Notes: a model not told the origin generated them from the letters alone. Shown: positions 29,344 to 39,878, counted from the first letter of the stretch. The stretch is DNA of 64,000 nt from Candidatus Bathyarchaeia archaeon (GCA_049515895.1 JBEKTQ010000007.1:96001-160000), one strand, 5' to 3'. A program made the numbers and translations.

Positions 29344-30854
29344 TGTTTGTTTCCCCGATTACGATTCTTAAGCAAAAGCTTGTTTATACCGTTTATCATT
29401 GCTTCGACACTAGCCATTACGATGTCCTCTCTTGCTGCCCGTGCGGACACGAGGTTGCCTTTCTCATCTTCCACTTTTATGATGACTTCTGCAACAGCGT
29501 TTGAGCCGCCTGTGATTGCTTCAAGCCGATATTCTCTCAGTCTGATTTTTTCTTGGTTACTGATTAACCTCTGGATTGCCTTCAGAACCGCGTCAACTGG
29601 ACCAACACCCGTCTCAGCAGCAACGTACTCTTTCCCATCCAGAGTCAACCGCACCGAAGCCGTAGGGATAACCTTGATGCCTGTTACAACTGCCATATCG
29701 CATAAATCAACGATTTTCTCCTCTCCGACAACCTCACCCAAAACAGCTGAAGTTAACGCCAACAAATCAGCGTCCGTCACCATCTTGCCTTTATCACCAA
29801 GTTCCTTGACGCGCTGGACAATTTCTTTCAGTTGCTCTTCACTCGGGTGGATGCCGACTTCTTCCAACTCCGCCTTGATGCCGCGTGTCCCCGCCAGTTT
29901 CCCAGCGACAAGTTTTCTAGTGCGACCAACCAGAGCAGGATCTATCGGCTCAAAGGTTAGAGGCTTCTCCGCAACTCCGCGTGTGTGGATGCCTGATTCG
30001 TGCGCGAACGCGTTTTCGCCCACAAGTGCCTTGTTAGCCTGCACAGCGATACCAGTTAATGAAGAAACCATTCTAGAGGTGCTGTAAAGCAGTCGGCTGT
30101 TTATTCCTGTCTTGTACTTGTAAAGAACATGCAAAGCCATAACCACTTCTTCCAGCGAAGCGTTACCTGCCCGCTCGCCTAACCCGTTGACGGCAACGTG
30201 CACTTGTACCGCGCCCGCTTCCACCGCAGCCAACGAGTTTGCAACTGCCAACCCGAAATCATCATGGCAATGAATGCTTATGGGCACGCTAACTACTGAT
30301 TTTATTTCTTCCACAAATTTTATTGTTGATTTTGGAATCATGATGCCGACGGTGTCAGGCAGATTTAAGCTGTCCATACCTGCATCCTGGGCTGCTTGAC
30401 AGATTTTTTTGAGGAAAGGCATTTCGGAGCGCGTGGCGTCCATAGGTGAAAACTCACATTTTACACCATGCTTCTTAACGTACTCAATCGACTCGATTGC
30501 TGAAGCTAACACTTGCTCATGCGTCAAATTGACCGCGTACTTCATCTGCACCTCAGAAGTGGGAATGAAAACGTGAATTAAATCGACGTTGCAGTCTAAC
30601 GCCGCGTCAATGTCACCCTTTGTCGCCCGGGAAAGCGCACAGATTTCAGAGTTCAAGCCCAGTTTGACAATTTCTTTAACGACTTTTCTTTCGCCTTCGG
30701 AGGAACTTGGAAAGCCCGCTTCGATAACGTCAACGCCCAGCTTGCCTAGTTGGCGTGCAATCTCAATTTTGTCTTCAGGGGTTAAGGAAACCCCGGGGGT
30801 TTGTTCGCCGTCTCTTAGGGTAGTGTCTAAAATTCGAATGTATTTACTCGTCAT
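29340..30854 (-). CDS. leuA: 2-isopropylmalate synthase (LeuA/CimA family)
   Basis: [30 protein letters not shown]-terminal regulatory domain with GVGPVDA. Confidence 0.88.
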   Translation of the reverse strand: MTSKYIRILDTTLRDGEQTPGVSLTPEDKIEIARQLGKLGVDVIEAGFPSSSEGERKVVKEIVKLGLNSEICALSRATKGDIDAALDCNVDLIHVFIPTSEVQMKYAVNLTHEQVLASAIESIEYVKKHGVKCEFSPMDATRSEMPFLKKICQAAQDAGMDSLNLPDTVGIMIPKSTIKFVEEIKSVVSVPISIHCHDDFGLAVANSLAAVEAGAVQVHVAVNGLGERAGNASLEEVVMALHVLYKYKTGINSRLLYSTSRMVSSLTGIAVQANKALVGENAFAHESGIHTRGVAEKPLTFEPIDPALVGRTRKLVAGKLAGTRGIKAELEEVGIHPSEEQLKEIVQRVKELGDKGKMVTDADLLALTSAVLGEVVGEEKIVDLCDMAVVTGIKVIPTASVRLTLDGKEYVAAETGVGPVDAVLKAIQRLISNQEKIRLREYRLEAITGGSNAVAEVIIKVEDEKGNLVSARAAREDIVMASVEAMINGINKLLLKNRNRGNKQ

Positions 30855-30859
30855 TTTTT

Positions 30860-31897
30860 TCAGCCAGTTTTCGTTGTTAAGGCTGCGGCAATGGCTTCCG
30901 CCATCCCCACGGTCGTTGTGTTCCCGCCGCAGTCTGGAACAGTTTGACCGTTACGTAACGCGTGAACTACTCCATTCTCAATGGCTGTGCCTGCTTTCAT
31001 GCATTTATTATCATTGTATTTTTCTCCCAGCCACTCCAGCATCATTTTTGCGCTTAGAACCATCGAGATCGGGTTTGCCGTGTGTTTTCCTGCCCTGTTT
31101 GGCGCTGAACCATGGATGGGTTCGAATAATGCGAAGTTGTCGCCTATGTTTGCGCCTGGAGCCATGCCTAACCCGCCGATAAGCTGGGCTGCTTCGTCTG
31201 AGAGGATGTCGCCGAACATGTTGCATGTGCAGAACACATCGAATTCTTGCGGCTCTTTGATTAGACGCATCGACGCCGCATCAACGTACAGTTCGTTAAA
31301 CGCTATGTCTGGGTACTGCTTTGCTGTTTCGCGACATACGCTGGCGAATAGCCCGTCGGTCACGCGCATGACGTTTGCCTTGTGAATCGCCGTGACTTTC
31401 TTTTTGCCATTGCGTAGGCGTGCCATTTCGAATGCTTTTTTGGCTATACGCTGGCAGTTTTTTCGGGTGATGACTCTTAAGCACAGGGTTGTGTCATTGT
31501 CAAGGGTGAATTCTAAGCCTTTGTAAACGTCCTCGGTGTTCTCCCTGACAAAAAGCATGTCAATGTCGGGTCTAGCCACTGGGACGGCTGGGTAAGCCTT
31601 AAGCGGGCGCAGGTTAGCGTACAAATCGAACATTAACCTGAGTTTAACTATGACGTCTGCTGCCGATTCGCCGACAGGACCTTTAAGGCAAGCGTGAGAC
31701 GCCTTAATCTTTTCGACGCTGTCAGCAGGTAGCGCCGCGCCTCTTTTTGCTAAGGTTTCGTCGCCTGCTTCTGCCTCAATCATTCTCAGTTTTATGCCGT
31801 ATTTTTTCTGAGCTGCATCCAACACTTTAAGGGTTGCTTCCGTTAATTCGGGGCCAATTCCATCGCCGCGAATCAACGAAATCTTATATTCATTCAT
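30860..31897 (-). CDS. leuB: 3-isopropylmalate / homoisocitrate dehydrogenase family
   Basis: GDGIGPE, RENTED, HKANV, NMFGDILSDEAA, EPIHGSAP. Confidence 0.88.
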   Translation of the reverse strand: MNEYKISLIRGDGIGPELTEATLKVLDAAQKKYGIKLRMIEAEAGDETLAKRGAALPADSVEKIKASHACLKGPVGESAADVIVKLRLMFDLYANLRPLKAYPAVPVARPDIDMLFVRENTEDVYKGLEFTLDNDTTLCLRVITRKNCQRIAKKAFEMARLRNGKKKVTAIHKANVMRVTDGLFASVCRETAKQYPDIAFNELYVDAASMRLIKEPQEFDVFCTCNMFGDILSDEAAQLIGGLGMAPGANIGDNFALFEPIHGSAPNRAGKHTANPISMVLSAKMMLEWLGEKYNDNKCMKAGTAIENGVVHALRNGQTVPDCGGNTTTVGMAEAIAAALTTKTG

Positions 31898-32397
31898 TTC
31901 TTGTTCATTCTCCTTCGTAAATTCTCGATTAATCCGCCATCAGCTAAAATTTCCAATATGAACGGTGGAAGCTTTTCCACTTTAAACATTGTGCCGTTGG
32001 AAACATTTTCTATCTTGCCAGCATCAAAATCCACAGATAGTTGATCCCCGGTTTTAACTGCCGCCGATATTCCTTTGCATTCGATTACTGGTAACCCGAT
32101 GTTGATTGCGTTTCGGAAAAAAATACGTGCGAAAGATTCAGCTAACACACATTTTACACCGGCATACTTCAGGGCTAACGGCGCTTGCTCTCGGCTTGAG
32201 CCACACCCAAAATTTTTGCCGCCTACCACGATCACCCCTTTTTTTGCTTTCTCAGGAAAGCCTGGATCTAAGCCCGCTAGGGCGTGTTTTGCCAACTCAT
32301 AAGGGTCAACCAACGTCATGTATTGTCCGGGCAGAATAACATCTGTGTCAACGTTGCTTCCGAATTTTATTGCTGGGCCTTTGATTTTCATATTCAT
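31894..32397 (-). CDS. leuD: 3-isopropylmalate dehydratase/homoaconitase small subunit
   Basis: [31 protein letters not shown]. Confidence 0.92.
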   Translation of the reverse strand: MNMKIKGPAIKFGSNVDTDVILPGQYMTLVDPYELAKHALAGLDPGFPEKAKKGVIVVGGKNFGCGSSREQAPLALKYAGVKCVLAESFARIFFRNAINIGLPVIECKGISAAVKTGDQLSVDFDAGKIENVSNGTMFKVEKLPPFILEILADGGLIENLRRRMNKK

Positions 32398-33662
32398 GGT
32401 TTTGCCTCCATTTTTCTTGGGTCAGTGATTTTGCCTGTTACTGCTGAAGCAGCTACGGTCGCTGGAGAAGCCAAGTACACGCTGGCTTGGGTGCTGCCCA
32501 TTCTTCCGATAAAGTTCCTGTTTGAACTGCTAACGCAGGTTTCGCCTGCCGCGAGTAATCCTATGTGACCTCCCAGGCATGGACCGCATGCTGAACCACA
32601 AACTATCGCGCCTGAGTCAGTGAAGATTTCCATTAAACCTTCATCTATGGCCTGACGGTAAACTTCCTGCGAGGCTGGAATCACAAGAGCCCTAACGCCG
32701 TCTTTTACGCGTTTGCCCTTCAAAACTTGAGCTGCTAAGCGCAAATCTTCGATTCTGCCGTTGGTGCAGGAACCGATAAAGGCCTGCTCAACGGGAACGT
32801 TGCCTACTTCGGAAATTGGTTTAACGTTGTCAACTGATGACGGGCAAGCAACTTGTGGTTCCATCTTTGAGACGTCAAAGTCCATTGTTTGCTCGTAAAC
32901 AGAGTCTTTGTCGCTTTTCAACGCTTCAAAATTCGGTAATTCCTTGACTCTGGTTTTCAGGAACTCTCGGGTTGTTTCGTCGGGTTCAATGATGCCGTTT
33001 TTGGCGCCCATTTCCACCGCCATGTTGCATAGCGTCATTCTTCCCGCTATACTCATGCCCTTTATTGTTGGGCCAGTGAACTCGGCGCTTTCGTATGTGG
33101 CACCATCAACGCTCATGTGCCCTATTATTGAAAGGATCAGGTCTTTGGGAGTTACGAATTTTTGGAATTCTCCAGACACGACGAATTTGACAGCTTTAGG
33201 TATTTTCAGCCAGATCTTTCCCGTAGCCATAACCGCTGCGGCTTCGGTTGAACCTATTCCTGTTGCGAAAGCTCCGAATGCCCCGTAAGTGCAGGTATGC
33301 GAGTCGGCGCCTACGATGACTGTTCCGGGAACAACGTGCCCCTTCTCAGGCATGACTTGATGGCAGATTCCGCCTCTGCCCACATCGTAAATGCGTAGGT
33401 TTTGGTCTTTGGCGAATTGGCGCATGGTTTTGTGCAGTTCCGCTGCTTTCACGGATTCAGCTGGTACCTGATGGTCCAGTATGACCACTGCTTTTTGGTT
33501 ATCCCAAACTTTCTGTACGCCTATTTTCTTAAAGGCTTCAACGGCTAAAGGTCCAGTTAAATCGTGCACCATCACCATGTCAACGTTTGCGTCGACTATT
33601 TCTCCTGGGTGCACAGCTTTTTTTCCTGAGGCTTTGGCCAAGATCTTTTCTGTTATGTTCAT
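32394..33662 (-). CDS. leuC: 3-isopropylmalate dehydratase/homoaconitase large subunit
   Basis: GADSHTCT, IGSCTNGR, CGPCLG, NRNF.GRMG. Confidence 0.92.
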   Translation of the reverse strand: MNITEKILAKASGKKAVHPGEIVDANVDMVMVHDLTGPLAVEAFKKIGVQKVWDNQKAVVILDHQVPAESVKAAELHKTMRQFAKDQNLRIYDVGRGGICHQVMPEKGHVVPGTVIVGADSHTCTYGAFGAFATGIGSTEAAAVMATGKIWLKIPKAVKFVVSGEFQKFVTPKDLILSIIGHMSVDGATYESAEFTGPTIKGMSIAGRMTLCNMAVEMGAKNGIIEPDETTREFLKTRVKELPNFEALKSDKDSVYEQTMDFDVSKMEPQVACPSSVDNVKPISEVGNVPVEQAFIGSCTNGRIEDLRLAAQVLKGKRVKDGVRALVIPASQEVYRQAIDEGLMEIFTDSGAIVCGSACGPCLGGHIGLLAAGETCVSSSNRNFIGRMGSTQASVYLASPATVAASAVTGKITDPRKMEAKP

Positions 33663-33706
33663 TTTTCTATTCTCTTCTATCAGTTGCCTTTTTTCTGTTG
33701 ATAACT

Positions 33707-33722
33707 ATGACAAGTTTGTCAT
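33707..33722. promoter_or_regulatory. palindromic operator upstream of leuC
   Basis: ATGACAA-GT-TTGTCAT, a perfect 7-bp inverted repeat in the ilvN-leuC gap, downstream (minus strand) of GAAACCCTTAA. Confidence 0.55.
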
Positions 33723-33766
33723 TTTAAGAAAGCTTGAAGTTAAGGGTTTCCGTGCTCGGAGAGGAT

Positions 33767-34279
33767 TTATTCGTCTATTCTTACTGATTTTGTTCCTCTT
33801 GCTAGCGCTGTTATGCCTGTTCTGGCAAGTTCAATGACGCCTGTTGCCTTCATCAAGTTTAGGAAGGCGTCAAGCTTGTCAGGTGTTCCGGTGATTTCCA
33901 CGGTTAGGCTGTCAGTTGAAACGTCAATTATTCGTCCTCGGAAGACTTCTACACAGTTAATGATGTCGGAGCGATCTTTCGCAGTTGGAGAGTTAACCTT
34001 TATCAAAGCTAGCTCGCGCATTACATAGTTTCCAGGCTCCAGTTCCTCGACTTTAAGCACATCGACGAGTTTTGCGACTTGTTTGACGACTTGGACGATT
34101 GTTTTTTCATCCTCATTAACTGTTATGGTCATACGCGCGATGTCTTTCCTCTCGCTCGGGCCGACAGTGATGCTTTCAATGTTAAAGTTTCTGCGTCGGA
34201 ACAAGTTTGAAACTCCGAAGAGCACACCTGGCTTGTTTTCGACAAGTACCGAAATTATTTTTGTTCTTCCAGCTTCCAT
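33767..34279 (-). CDS. ilvN: acetolactate synthase small (regulatory) subunit
   Basis: VENKPGVL, LFRRRNFNIESITVG, RELALIKV, ELARTG. Confidence 0.95.
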   Translation of the reverse strand: MEAGRTKIISVLVENKPGVLFGVSNLFRRRNFNIESITVGPSERKDIARMTITVNEDEKTIVQVVKQVAKLVDVLKVEELEPGNYVMRELALIKVNSPTAKDRSDIINCVEVFRGRIIDVSTDSLTVEITGTPDKLDAFLNLMKATGVIELARTGITALARGTKSVRIDE

Positions 34280-35985
34280 TAGTAATCACCTTTCTGTTGG
34301 GGTAAACCGCAGCCTGGAGGCACAAAGGGCACAACGTCCTGCTCCGAGCCTATAGGCACATCGATCACCGTGGTAACATTACTGTTCAATGCTGTCTTAA
34401 CAGCTTTGTGGAATTCCTCGATTGATGTTGCCCGCAGTCCTTGCGCTCCGTAAGCTTCCGCCAGCTTAACGAAGTCTGGTGTTCTGCCTAGGTTAACCGC
34501 CATGTAGCGTCGTTTGTAGAGCATTCTTTGCCACTGGGCAACCATTCCTAGTACCGAATTGTTCAGCACTATGACAGTAACCGGAATCTTTTCGGTAACG
34601 GAGCAGGCGAGTTCTTGCTCGCTCATTATGAAGCTGCCGTCGCCCGCTATGTCTACGACTGGTCTGTCTGGGCAAGCGACTTTTGCGCCGATTGCCGCTG
34701 GGAAGCCGAAACCCATCGTTCCTAAGCCTCCTGAACTGATGAACGATCTCGGCTTCAAAGCTTGGAAGTAAAGCGCCGACCACATTTGGTTTTGCCCAAC
34801 TTCCGTAGTGACTATCGCGCTTTCAGGAAGAAGGTTCCTTAACTCAGTCAACAATGCCTTCGGCACTATGTCTCTTGGTCTCTCTTTCATCAGTGGACTC
34901 AGCTGTTCTTTTGCTTCTTTAACTCGCTTTGCCCAAGCGTTGCCTTCACCTTTACGCAGTTTTTCGCTTAATGCGGCAAGCAAAAGATTCAGGGCAGCTT
35001 TTGCGTCGCCGACTATGGGTACATCAACCTCAATGTTCTTGCCGATTTCTGCCTCGTCAATGTCTATATGGATTTTTTTAGCTTCATGCGCAAAAGAGTC
35101 CAAATTTGCTGTTGCACGGTCGGAGAATCTTGTTCCGACAGCTAGCAGAACGTCAGCTTCGCACATGAGCCTGTTCGCCGCTGGGTTTCCATGCATTCCT
35201 ATGCTACCTACCGACAGAGGGTGACATTCCGGGAACGAGCCTTTACCCATGAATGTTGTAGCGACTGGTGTCATCAGCAGGTCAGACATCCGCATGATTT
35301 CGTCTGAAGCGTTCGAGATTATGACTCCGCCGCCTGCAAGGATGATCGGACGCTCCGCTTTCGCAAGCAAACTGGCGGCTTCGCTAATCTTGCATAAGTC
35401 TATCTCAATCATTGACTTGTAACCAAAGGCTTCGATCTTGTCAGTTACCTCCACTTCGCCAGTGTCTGACTGCACGTTTTTTGGCAAGTCAATCAGAACC
35501 GGTCCCGGTCTACCCGTAGACGCTATGTAGAACGCCGTGTTAACGATAGTTGGAATCTCTGCAACAGTTCTTGGCTGGAAATTGTACTTAGTGATTGGGG
35601 TTGTGATTCCGATTATGTCGGCTTCTTGGAACGCGTCTCTGCCGATTAAGTATGAAGTGTTTACGCCTGAAGAGGGAACCTGCCCTGTCAATGCTACTAT
35701 GGGAGAAGAATCCATGTATGCGTTCGCTATCCCGGTAACCAAGTTTGTAGCTCCGGGCCCTGAGGTTGCCATGCAAACTCCTACTCGTCCGCTGGCTCTG
35801 GCATAGCCTTCGGCTTCATGCGCCGCGCATTGTTCGTGCCTGGCAAGGATGTGCCTAATTTTTGCGTTGCCGCACAAAGCGTCATACACAGGAAGGATTG
35901 CTCCGCCTAAGATGCCGAAGATCACGTTCACGTTTTGGCGTTCAAGAGATTCTAGGAGTGCTTTTGCACCAGACATTTTAGTCAT
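34279..35985 (-). CDS. ilvB: acetolactate synthase large subunit
   Basis: RHEQ, TSGPGATN, FQEAD, SGGLGTMGFG, GDGSF. Confidence 0.96.
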   Translation of the reverse strand: MTKMSGAKALLESLERQNVNVIFGILGGAILPVYDALCGNAKIRHILARHEQCAAHEAEGYARASGRVGVCMATSGPGATNLVTGIANAYMDSSPIVALTGQVPSSGVNTSYLIGRDAFQEADIIGITTPITKYNFQPRTVAEIPTIVNTAFYIASTGRPGPVLIDLPKNVQSDTGEVEVTDKIEAFGYKSMIEIDLCKISEAASLLAKAERPIILAGGGVIISNASDEIMRMSDLLMTPVATTFMGKGSFPECHPLSVGSIGMHGNPAANRLMCEADVLLAVGTRFSDRATANLDSFAHEAKKIHIDIDEAEIGKNIEVDVPIVGDAKAALNLLLAALSEKLRKGEGNAWAKRVKEAKEQLSPLMKERPRDIVPKALLTELRNLLPESAIVTTEVGQNQMWSALYFQALKPRSFISSGGLGTMGFGFPAAIGAKVACPDRPVVDIAGDGSFIMSEQELACSVTEKIPVTVIVLNNSVLGMVAQWQRMLYKRRYMAVNLGRTPDFVKLAEAYGAQGLRATSIEEFHKAVKTALNSNVTTVIDVPIGSEQDVVPFVPPGCGLPQQKGDY

Positions 35986-36082
35986 TTTTCATCGTTTTCT
36001 CCTTTCAACAAATATTCTCTCGTCTTGGGAAGAAATGATTGCAAAATTAGATTCAGTTTTTTCAGAGAGGTTCCTGGGAGAA

Positions 36083-36133
36083 TCAAAGAATAAGTACCCG
36101 ACGATCCCAGCTATTGAGGTGACGATCCCTCAT
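36083..36133 (-). CDS. putative branched-chain amino-acid leader peptide (16 aa, MRDRHLNSWDRRVLIL)
   Basis: Hand-translated; GAGG SD upstream of the ATG; last four codons GTA CTT ATT CTT (V-L-I-L); stop 97 nt before ilvB. Confidence 0.6.
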   Translation of the reverse strand: MRDRHLNSWDRRVLIL

Positions 36134-36177
36134 TTTCGTGCCTCTTAAATACCACGTACCTTAAAGGTATCATCCAA

Positions 36178-36196
36178 GTAAACATAAAAAGTTTAC
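36178..36196 (-). promoter_or_regulatory. TATA-like box flanked by a 6-bp inverted repeat (ilv-leu promoter)
   Basis: Minus strand GTAAAC-TTTTTAT-GTTTAC; would place the TSS near 36160, upstream of the leader ORF. Confidence 0.45.
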
Positions 36197-36398
36197 GGTG
36201 TCCAGCTAATACGCATCGGAAGTTTACACTATTCCTTTGCAAGTTTAACTTGGTAAATGCAAATAAGAACTTGTTCTCCTTAAGCAGTGTTAAGATTTTT
36301 CCAAATGGAATTTCGATATGCAGAAAAAACCCCGGAAATAATTAACTGAAAGAAAGGTCTTATTACTGCGAATGCTTTTTTGATTGCTGTGAAACTTT

Positions 36399-36584
36399 AT
36401 GTGCGAATTTAACGTCATCCTTGATGGGAAAACCCAGTTTAGAGACGTAATTTACGTTAAAGTTGAAGGTGACAACGTCACAGTCAGGAACATTTTGGGC
36501 GAATCAAAAGAGTTCAAAGGCTGCAAAATCCTCGAAGTCGACGTTAATTACACAAGGCTAGTACTCTCCTCCATAAAATCATAA
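36399..36584 (+). CDS. CooT-family nickel-binding protein
   Basis: 61 aa starting MC, with the ILGE..E...I.EVD pattern of this family. Confidence 0.75.
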   Translation: MCEFNVILDGKTQFRDVIYVKVEGDNVTVRNILGESKEFKGCKILEVDVNYTRLVLSSIKS

Positions 36585-36764
36585 TCAAGCTCGGTCTCTT
36601 AGCCTTCAAGATTTTTCACTTACATAACTAAGGCTAATCTTTCTGACTAAAAGCTAATTCAACCCTAAACCCGGCTGCAGCCTCAAGGGAGCCTAAGCGT
36701 AACCTGGCAACAATAAAGGGCACCTATTATTTGTGACAAGAGATCACTACAAAAATTGTGGGTC

Positions 36765-37892
36765 CTAAGCGCTTGGGTTTGTGTTGTTATGAAGCTCTGA
36801 CAACCTCAGCAGTGTCTCTTTGTAGACTTGGATCGCGTTCAGGTACTCACCAACGTCAATGTGCTCATCCAAAGTGTGGTCAAGGCGGGAGTTGCCTGGT
36901 CCATAAGTGACTATTGGCAGGTTCATAGCTTTACCCAGAATATTCATGTCGCCAGTCCCAGTTTTACGCAGAAGCGTCGCTGGCTTGTTCAACACTTTTC
37001 GGACAGATGAAGAAAAAACATGCACCAGCGGAGAAGCCTTGTTCACCTCGAAAGGCTCCACGGTGTCCAGAACAGTTGCTTTCACAGAAATTTTCGGGTT
37101 AGCGGCTTGGTACTTCGCGATAATCTTCTCTATCTGTTCAAAAACCTGATTCGTAGAAAACTGGATTGGCACCCGCACGTCAATGTTCATTTCAGCTTCA
37201 AAAGGAACAACCGACATCGGTCTGCCGCCTGCAACCTTAACCAAACAAGCCGTGACCGCATTGAAAGGGCTTTCCGAAGGATCAAGCGAAGGATAAGAAG
37301 AAGCATTCTTGATTTGCTCCCAAACCTCATACGCTTTCTCCAATGCATTATCATAAAGCCACGGCGTTGAAGAATGCCCCGTCTCAGTTTTGCAAACGAT
37401 TTTCAGCTGGATCTGACCCTTGTACGCAACTGTTATATTTTCAACGCCGCTGGGTTCACCGAAAATGGCGTAGTCAGCCTTAATACCCTGAGTGATAAGG
37501 TGTTTAACGCCTCGGCTGGTCGCTTCCTCCTCGACTACGCTTGCAACCAAGATTTTGCCTTTAAACCCAGGTTCCTTCGCAGCGGAAACCGCAGCCATGA
37601 TCATAGCGGCAAGCGGACCCTTCGCGTCTACAGCGCCTCGAGCGTAGATTTTGCCTTCTTCAATTCGAAGCGGCAAATGCCCAGCCACTGTATCCATGTG
37701 ACCGCACATCAGGATGACGGGTTGGCCTTCGCCGACTACGCCAATTACGTTTCCGATTGCGTCTTTGCCAACCTCAAAACCCATCTTTTTCATTTCAACC
37801 TCTAAAAAGTTGGCGGCATCCTCCTCTTTTCCTGACGGGCTATAAATGCCCAAGAGGTTAGTTAGAAACCGTACTGCTTCTTGCTCGCTCAT
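36765..37892 (-). CDS. lysK: [LysW]-lysine/ornithine hydrolase (M20 peptidase)
   Basis: GHMDTV, GRGAVDAKG-like motif, VEEE, GEPS, TGTGDMN, DHTLDEH; lys cluster. Confidence 0.9.
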   Translation of the reverse strand: MSEQEAVRFLTNLLGIYSPSGKEEDAANFLEVEMKKMGFEVGKDAIGNVIGVVGEGQPVILMCGHMDTVAGHLPLRIEEGKIYARGAVDAKGPLAAMIMAAVSAAKEPGFKGKILVASVVEEEATSRGVKHLITQGIKADYAIFGEPSGVENITVAYKGQIQLKIVCKTETGHSSTPWLYDNALEKAYEVWEQIKNASSYPSLDPSESPFNAVTACLVKVAGGRPMSVVPFEAEMNIDVRVPIQFSTNQVFEQIEKIIAKYQAANPKISVKATVLDTVEPFEVNKASPLVHVFSSSVRKVLNKPATLLRKTGTGDMNILGKAMNLPIVTYGPGNSRLDHTLDEHIDVGEYLNAIQVYKETLLRLSELHNNTNPSA

Positions 37893-39072
37893 TCTCTTCG
37901 TCACCTAACACTTCATCTAGCACAGTCACTATTCGGTCAATCTGCTTCTTCTGAATTACCAAAGGCGGCAACAGGCGGACAACTGTCCTTCCAGCATCTA
38001 AAACTAAAACACCTTTCGCGGCCGTCTTCAAAATCACGTTCAGAACATCGAAGCGTAGCTCCATGCCAAGCATTAATCCTAAGCCGCGAACTTCTTTGAC
38101 GATTTTATGTTTTGCCTGTATTCCTTCCAGTTCAGTCTTGAAGTAATGACCCATTTTCGAGGCGCACTCAGTCAAGTTTTCTTCCACAAGCGCATCTATC
38201 GCAGCGCATCCAGCTGCACAAACCAGCGGACTGCCGCTAAAAGTAGTTGAGTGCTCACCAACTTTAAGGGCTGACATAATATTTTTCTTTGCAACGGTTA
38301 TGCCTATGGGCAAACCACCAGCAAATGGCTTAGCCAAACACATCACATCAGGTATAACACCCCAGTTTTGGCAACCAAAAAGCTTGCCCGTGCGCCCGAA
38401 GCTTGTTTGAACTTCATCAAAAATCAGTAAAACATTCTTCTCGTCGCAGATCCTCCGCACCTCTTGCAGGTAGCCTTCAGGTGGAACCCGGACACCGCCC
38501 TCACCCCGAATAGGCTCCATAAGAAACGCTCCTGTTTTCTCGCTAATAGCTTCACGGATTTTATCGGCATTATCAGGGGCGACATGCTTGATTTCTGGAA
38601 CCAGAGGCATGAAAGGCTCACGGTACTTTTTGTCCCATGTTGCAGAAAGCGCACCCATGGTCTTGCCATGAAATGCACCCATCAAAGCGATAATTTCTGG
38701 TTTGCCTGTGTATTTGCGGGCGAGTTTAATGGCGCATTCAACTGATTCAGCTCCGCTATTTGACAGAAACACTTTGTCTAAGCCTTTAGGAGTTATGTGA
38801 ACAAGTTTCTCGACGAATTCTGCGCGTTTGTCGTTGTAGTAACAGCTGTGGCAGGTGATAAGCTGCTCAGCCTGAGCTTGGATTGCAGCGACAACTTTTG
38901 GGTGACAGTGCCCTAGCAGGGCGACACCGTAACTGGTTGAGCAGTCAATGTATTCTTTGCCTTTAATGTCCCAGACAAGCGCGCCTTTGCCCTTTGTCAA
39001 AACGACTGGTTTTTTGGAGAAAACGTTTGCCATGAACCGCGTTTCAACATCAATTATTTCTTGTTCATTCAC
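37858..39072 (-). CDS. lysJ: [LysW]-aminoadipate/glutamate semialdehyde transaminase
   Basis: NSGAESVE, FHGKT, DEVQTSFGRTG, LAK, HSTTF. Confidence 0.9.
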   Translation of the reverse strand: MNEQEIIDVETRFMANVFSKKPVVLTKGKGALVWDIKGKEYIDCSTSYGVALLGHCHPKVVAAIQAQAEQLITCHSCYYNDKRAEFVEKLVHITPKGLDKVFLSNSGAESVECAIKLARKYTGKPEIIALMGAFHGKTMGALSATWDKKYREPFMPLVPEIKHVAPDNADKIREAISEKTGAFLMEPIRGEGGVRVPPEGYLQEVRRICDEKNVLLIFDEVQTSFGRTGKLFGCQNWGVIPDVMCLAKPFAGGLPIGITVAKKNIMSALKVGEHSTTFSGSPLVCAAGCAAIDALVEENLTECASKMGHYFKTELEGIQAKHKIVKEVRGLGLMLGMELRFDVLNVILKTAAKGVLVLDAGRTVVRLLPPLVIQKKQIDRIVTVLDEVLGDEENERARSSTVSN

Positions 39073-39874
39073 CAGTTATCACTGTACCAACCTTATGATT
39101 CAATACTGAACTTATAGGTTCATTTCCGGTGCCCGCCGTGACTAAAACCTCTTTGACTCCTTGACTTAATGCCTCCAACGCCGCGTGCACCTTAGTACTC
39201 ATGCCTTGCCCAATGCTAGATAAAACCTCTTTAACCTCGGTGGCAGCAATTTTAGGAACACACTCGCCTCTAAGCATTAAGCCCTGCACGTCTGTAAGAA
39301 GAATTAAGCGGTCTGCCTTCAATGCGCCAGCGATTATCGCCGCTGTTCGGTCGCCATCCACATTGAGCGGTTCCCAGTCCTGGCTAATCGCAATAGGGGT
39401 CACAATCGGCACGTACCCCTTATCAAGCAGAAGATTAAGAAGCTCGGCGTTTACCGAAGTAATTTTTCCTGTGTAACCGCCGTCGATAACTTTTTTGCGT
39501 CCCCGTTCGTCAACGGCGATAAGTTTTTTTTTCCGTTCAGCCTTTAGGGTGGCTGCATCCAACCCCGTTAATCCCACTGCTGGTATGCCTTGGCTTTGAA
39601 GGGCTAGAACGATTTGTTTGTTGATTTTGCCAGCCATAACCATGGTGTAAATCTCAATGGTTTCTTTGTCGGTGTAGCGGCTTCTGAATCCTTCAGGTGA
39701 AACAATGAATTTTTGTTCTTTTCCGAGTTTTGAGGCTATTTCTGTGACTTCTACGCCGCCACCGTGGACGAGCACGACTTTATTGGTTTTGGCTACTTCT
39801 TTTAGGTCAGCGACTAAATTTTGAGATGCGCCCTCTTTGAGTATGCTTCCACCCATCTTGATAACAAGCAGCAT
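39065..39874 (-). CDS. lysZ: [LysW]-aminoadipate/glutamate kinase
   Basis: IKMGG, VHGGG, SP.G..SRYT, GGYTGKI, NVDGDR. Confidence 0.93.
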   Translation of the reverse strand: MLLVIKMGGSILKEGASQNLVADLKEVAKTNKVVLVHGGGVEVTEIASKLGKEQKFIVSPEGFRSRYTDKETIEIYTMVMAGKINKQIVLALQSQGIPAVGLTGLDAATLKAERKKKLIAVDERGRKKVIDGGYTGKITSVNAELLNLLLDKGYVPIVTPIAISQDWEPLNVDGDRTAAIIAGALKADRLILLTDVQGLMLRGECVPKIAATEVKEVLSSIGQGMSTKVHAALEALSQGVKEVLVTAGTGNEPISSVLNHKVGTVITGE

Positions 39875-39878
39875 GGTA

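Noticed and set aside
29203-31182. Long antisense ORFs (294 aa and 197 aa) over leuA/leuB, and similar shadow ORFs elsewhere
   Set aside because: Reverse-frame shadows of conserved genes with no motifs.
35978-35992. MKND minigene at optimal SD distance before ilvB
   Set aside because: One fewer A in the A-run would fuse it in frame with ilvB, so a homopolymer indel or chance is as likely as regulation.
36585-36764. GC-richer stretch with short inverted repeats between cooT and lysK (possible ribozyme or sRNA)
   Set aside because: No recognisable RNA family topology; compatible with a convergent terminator region.
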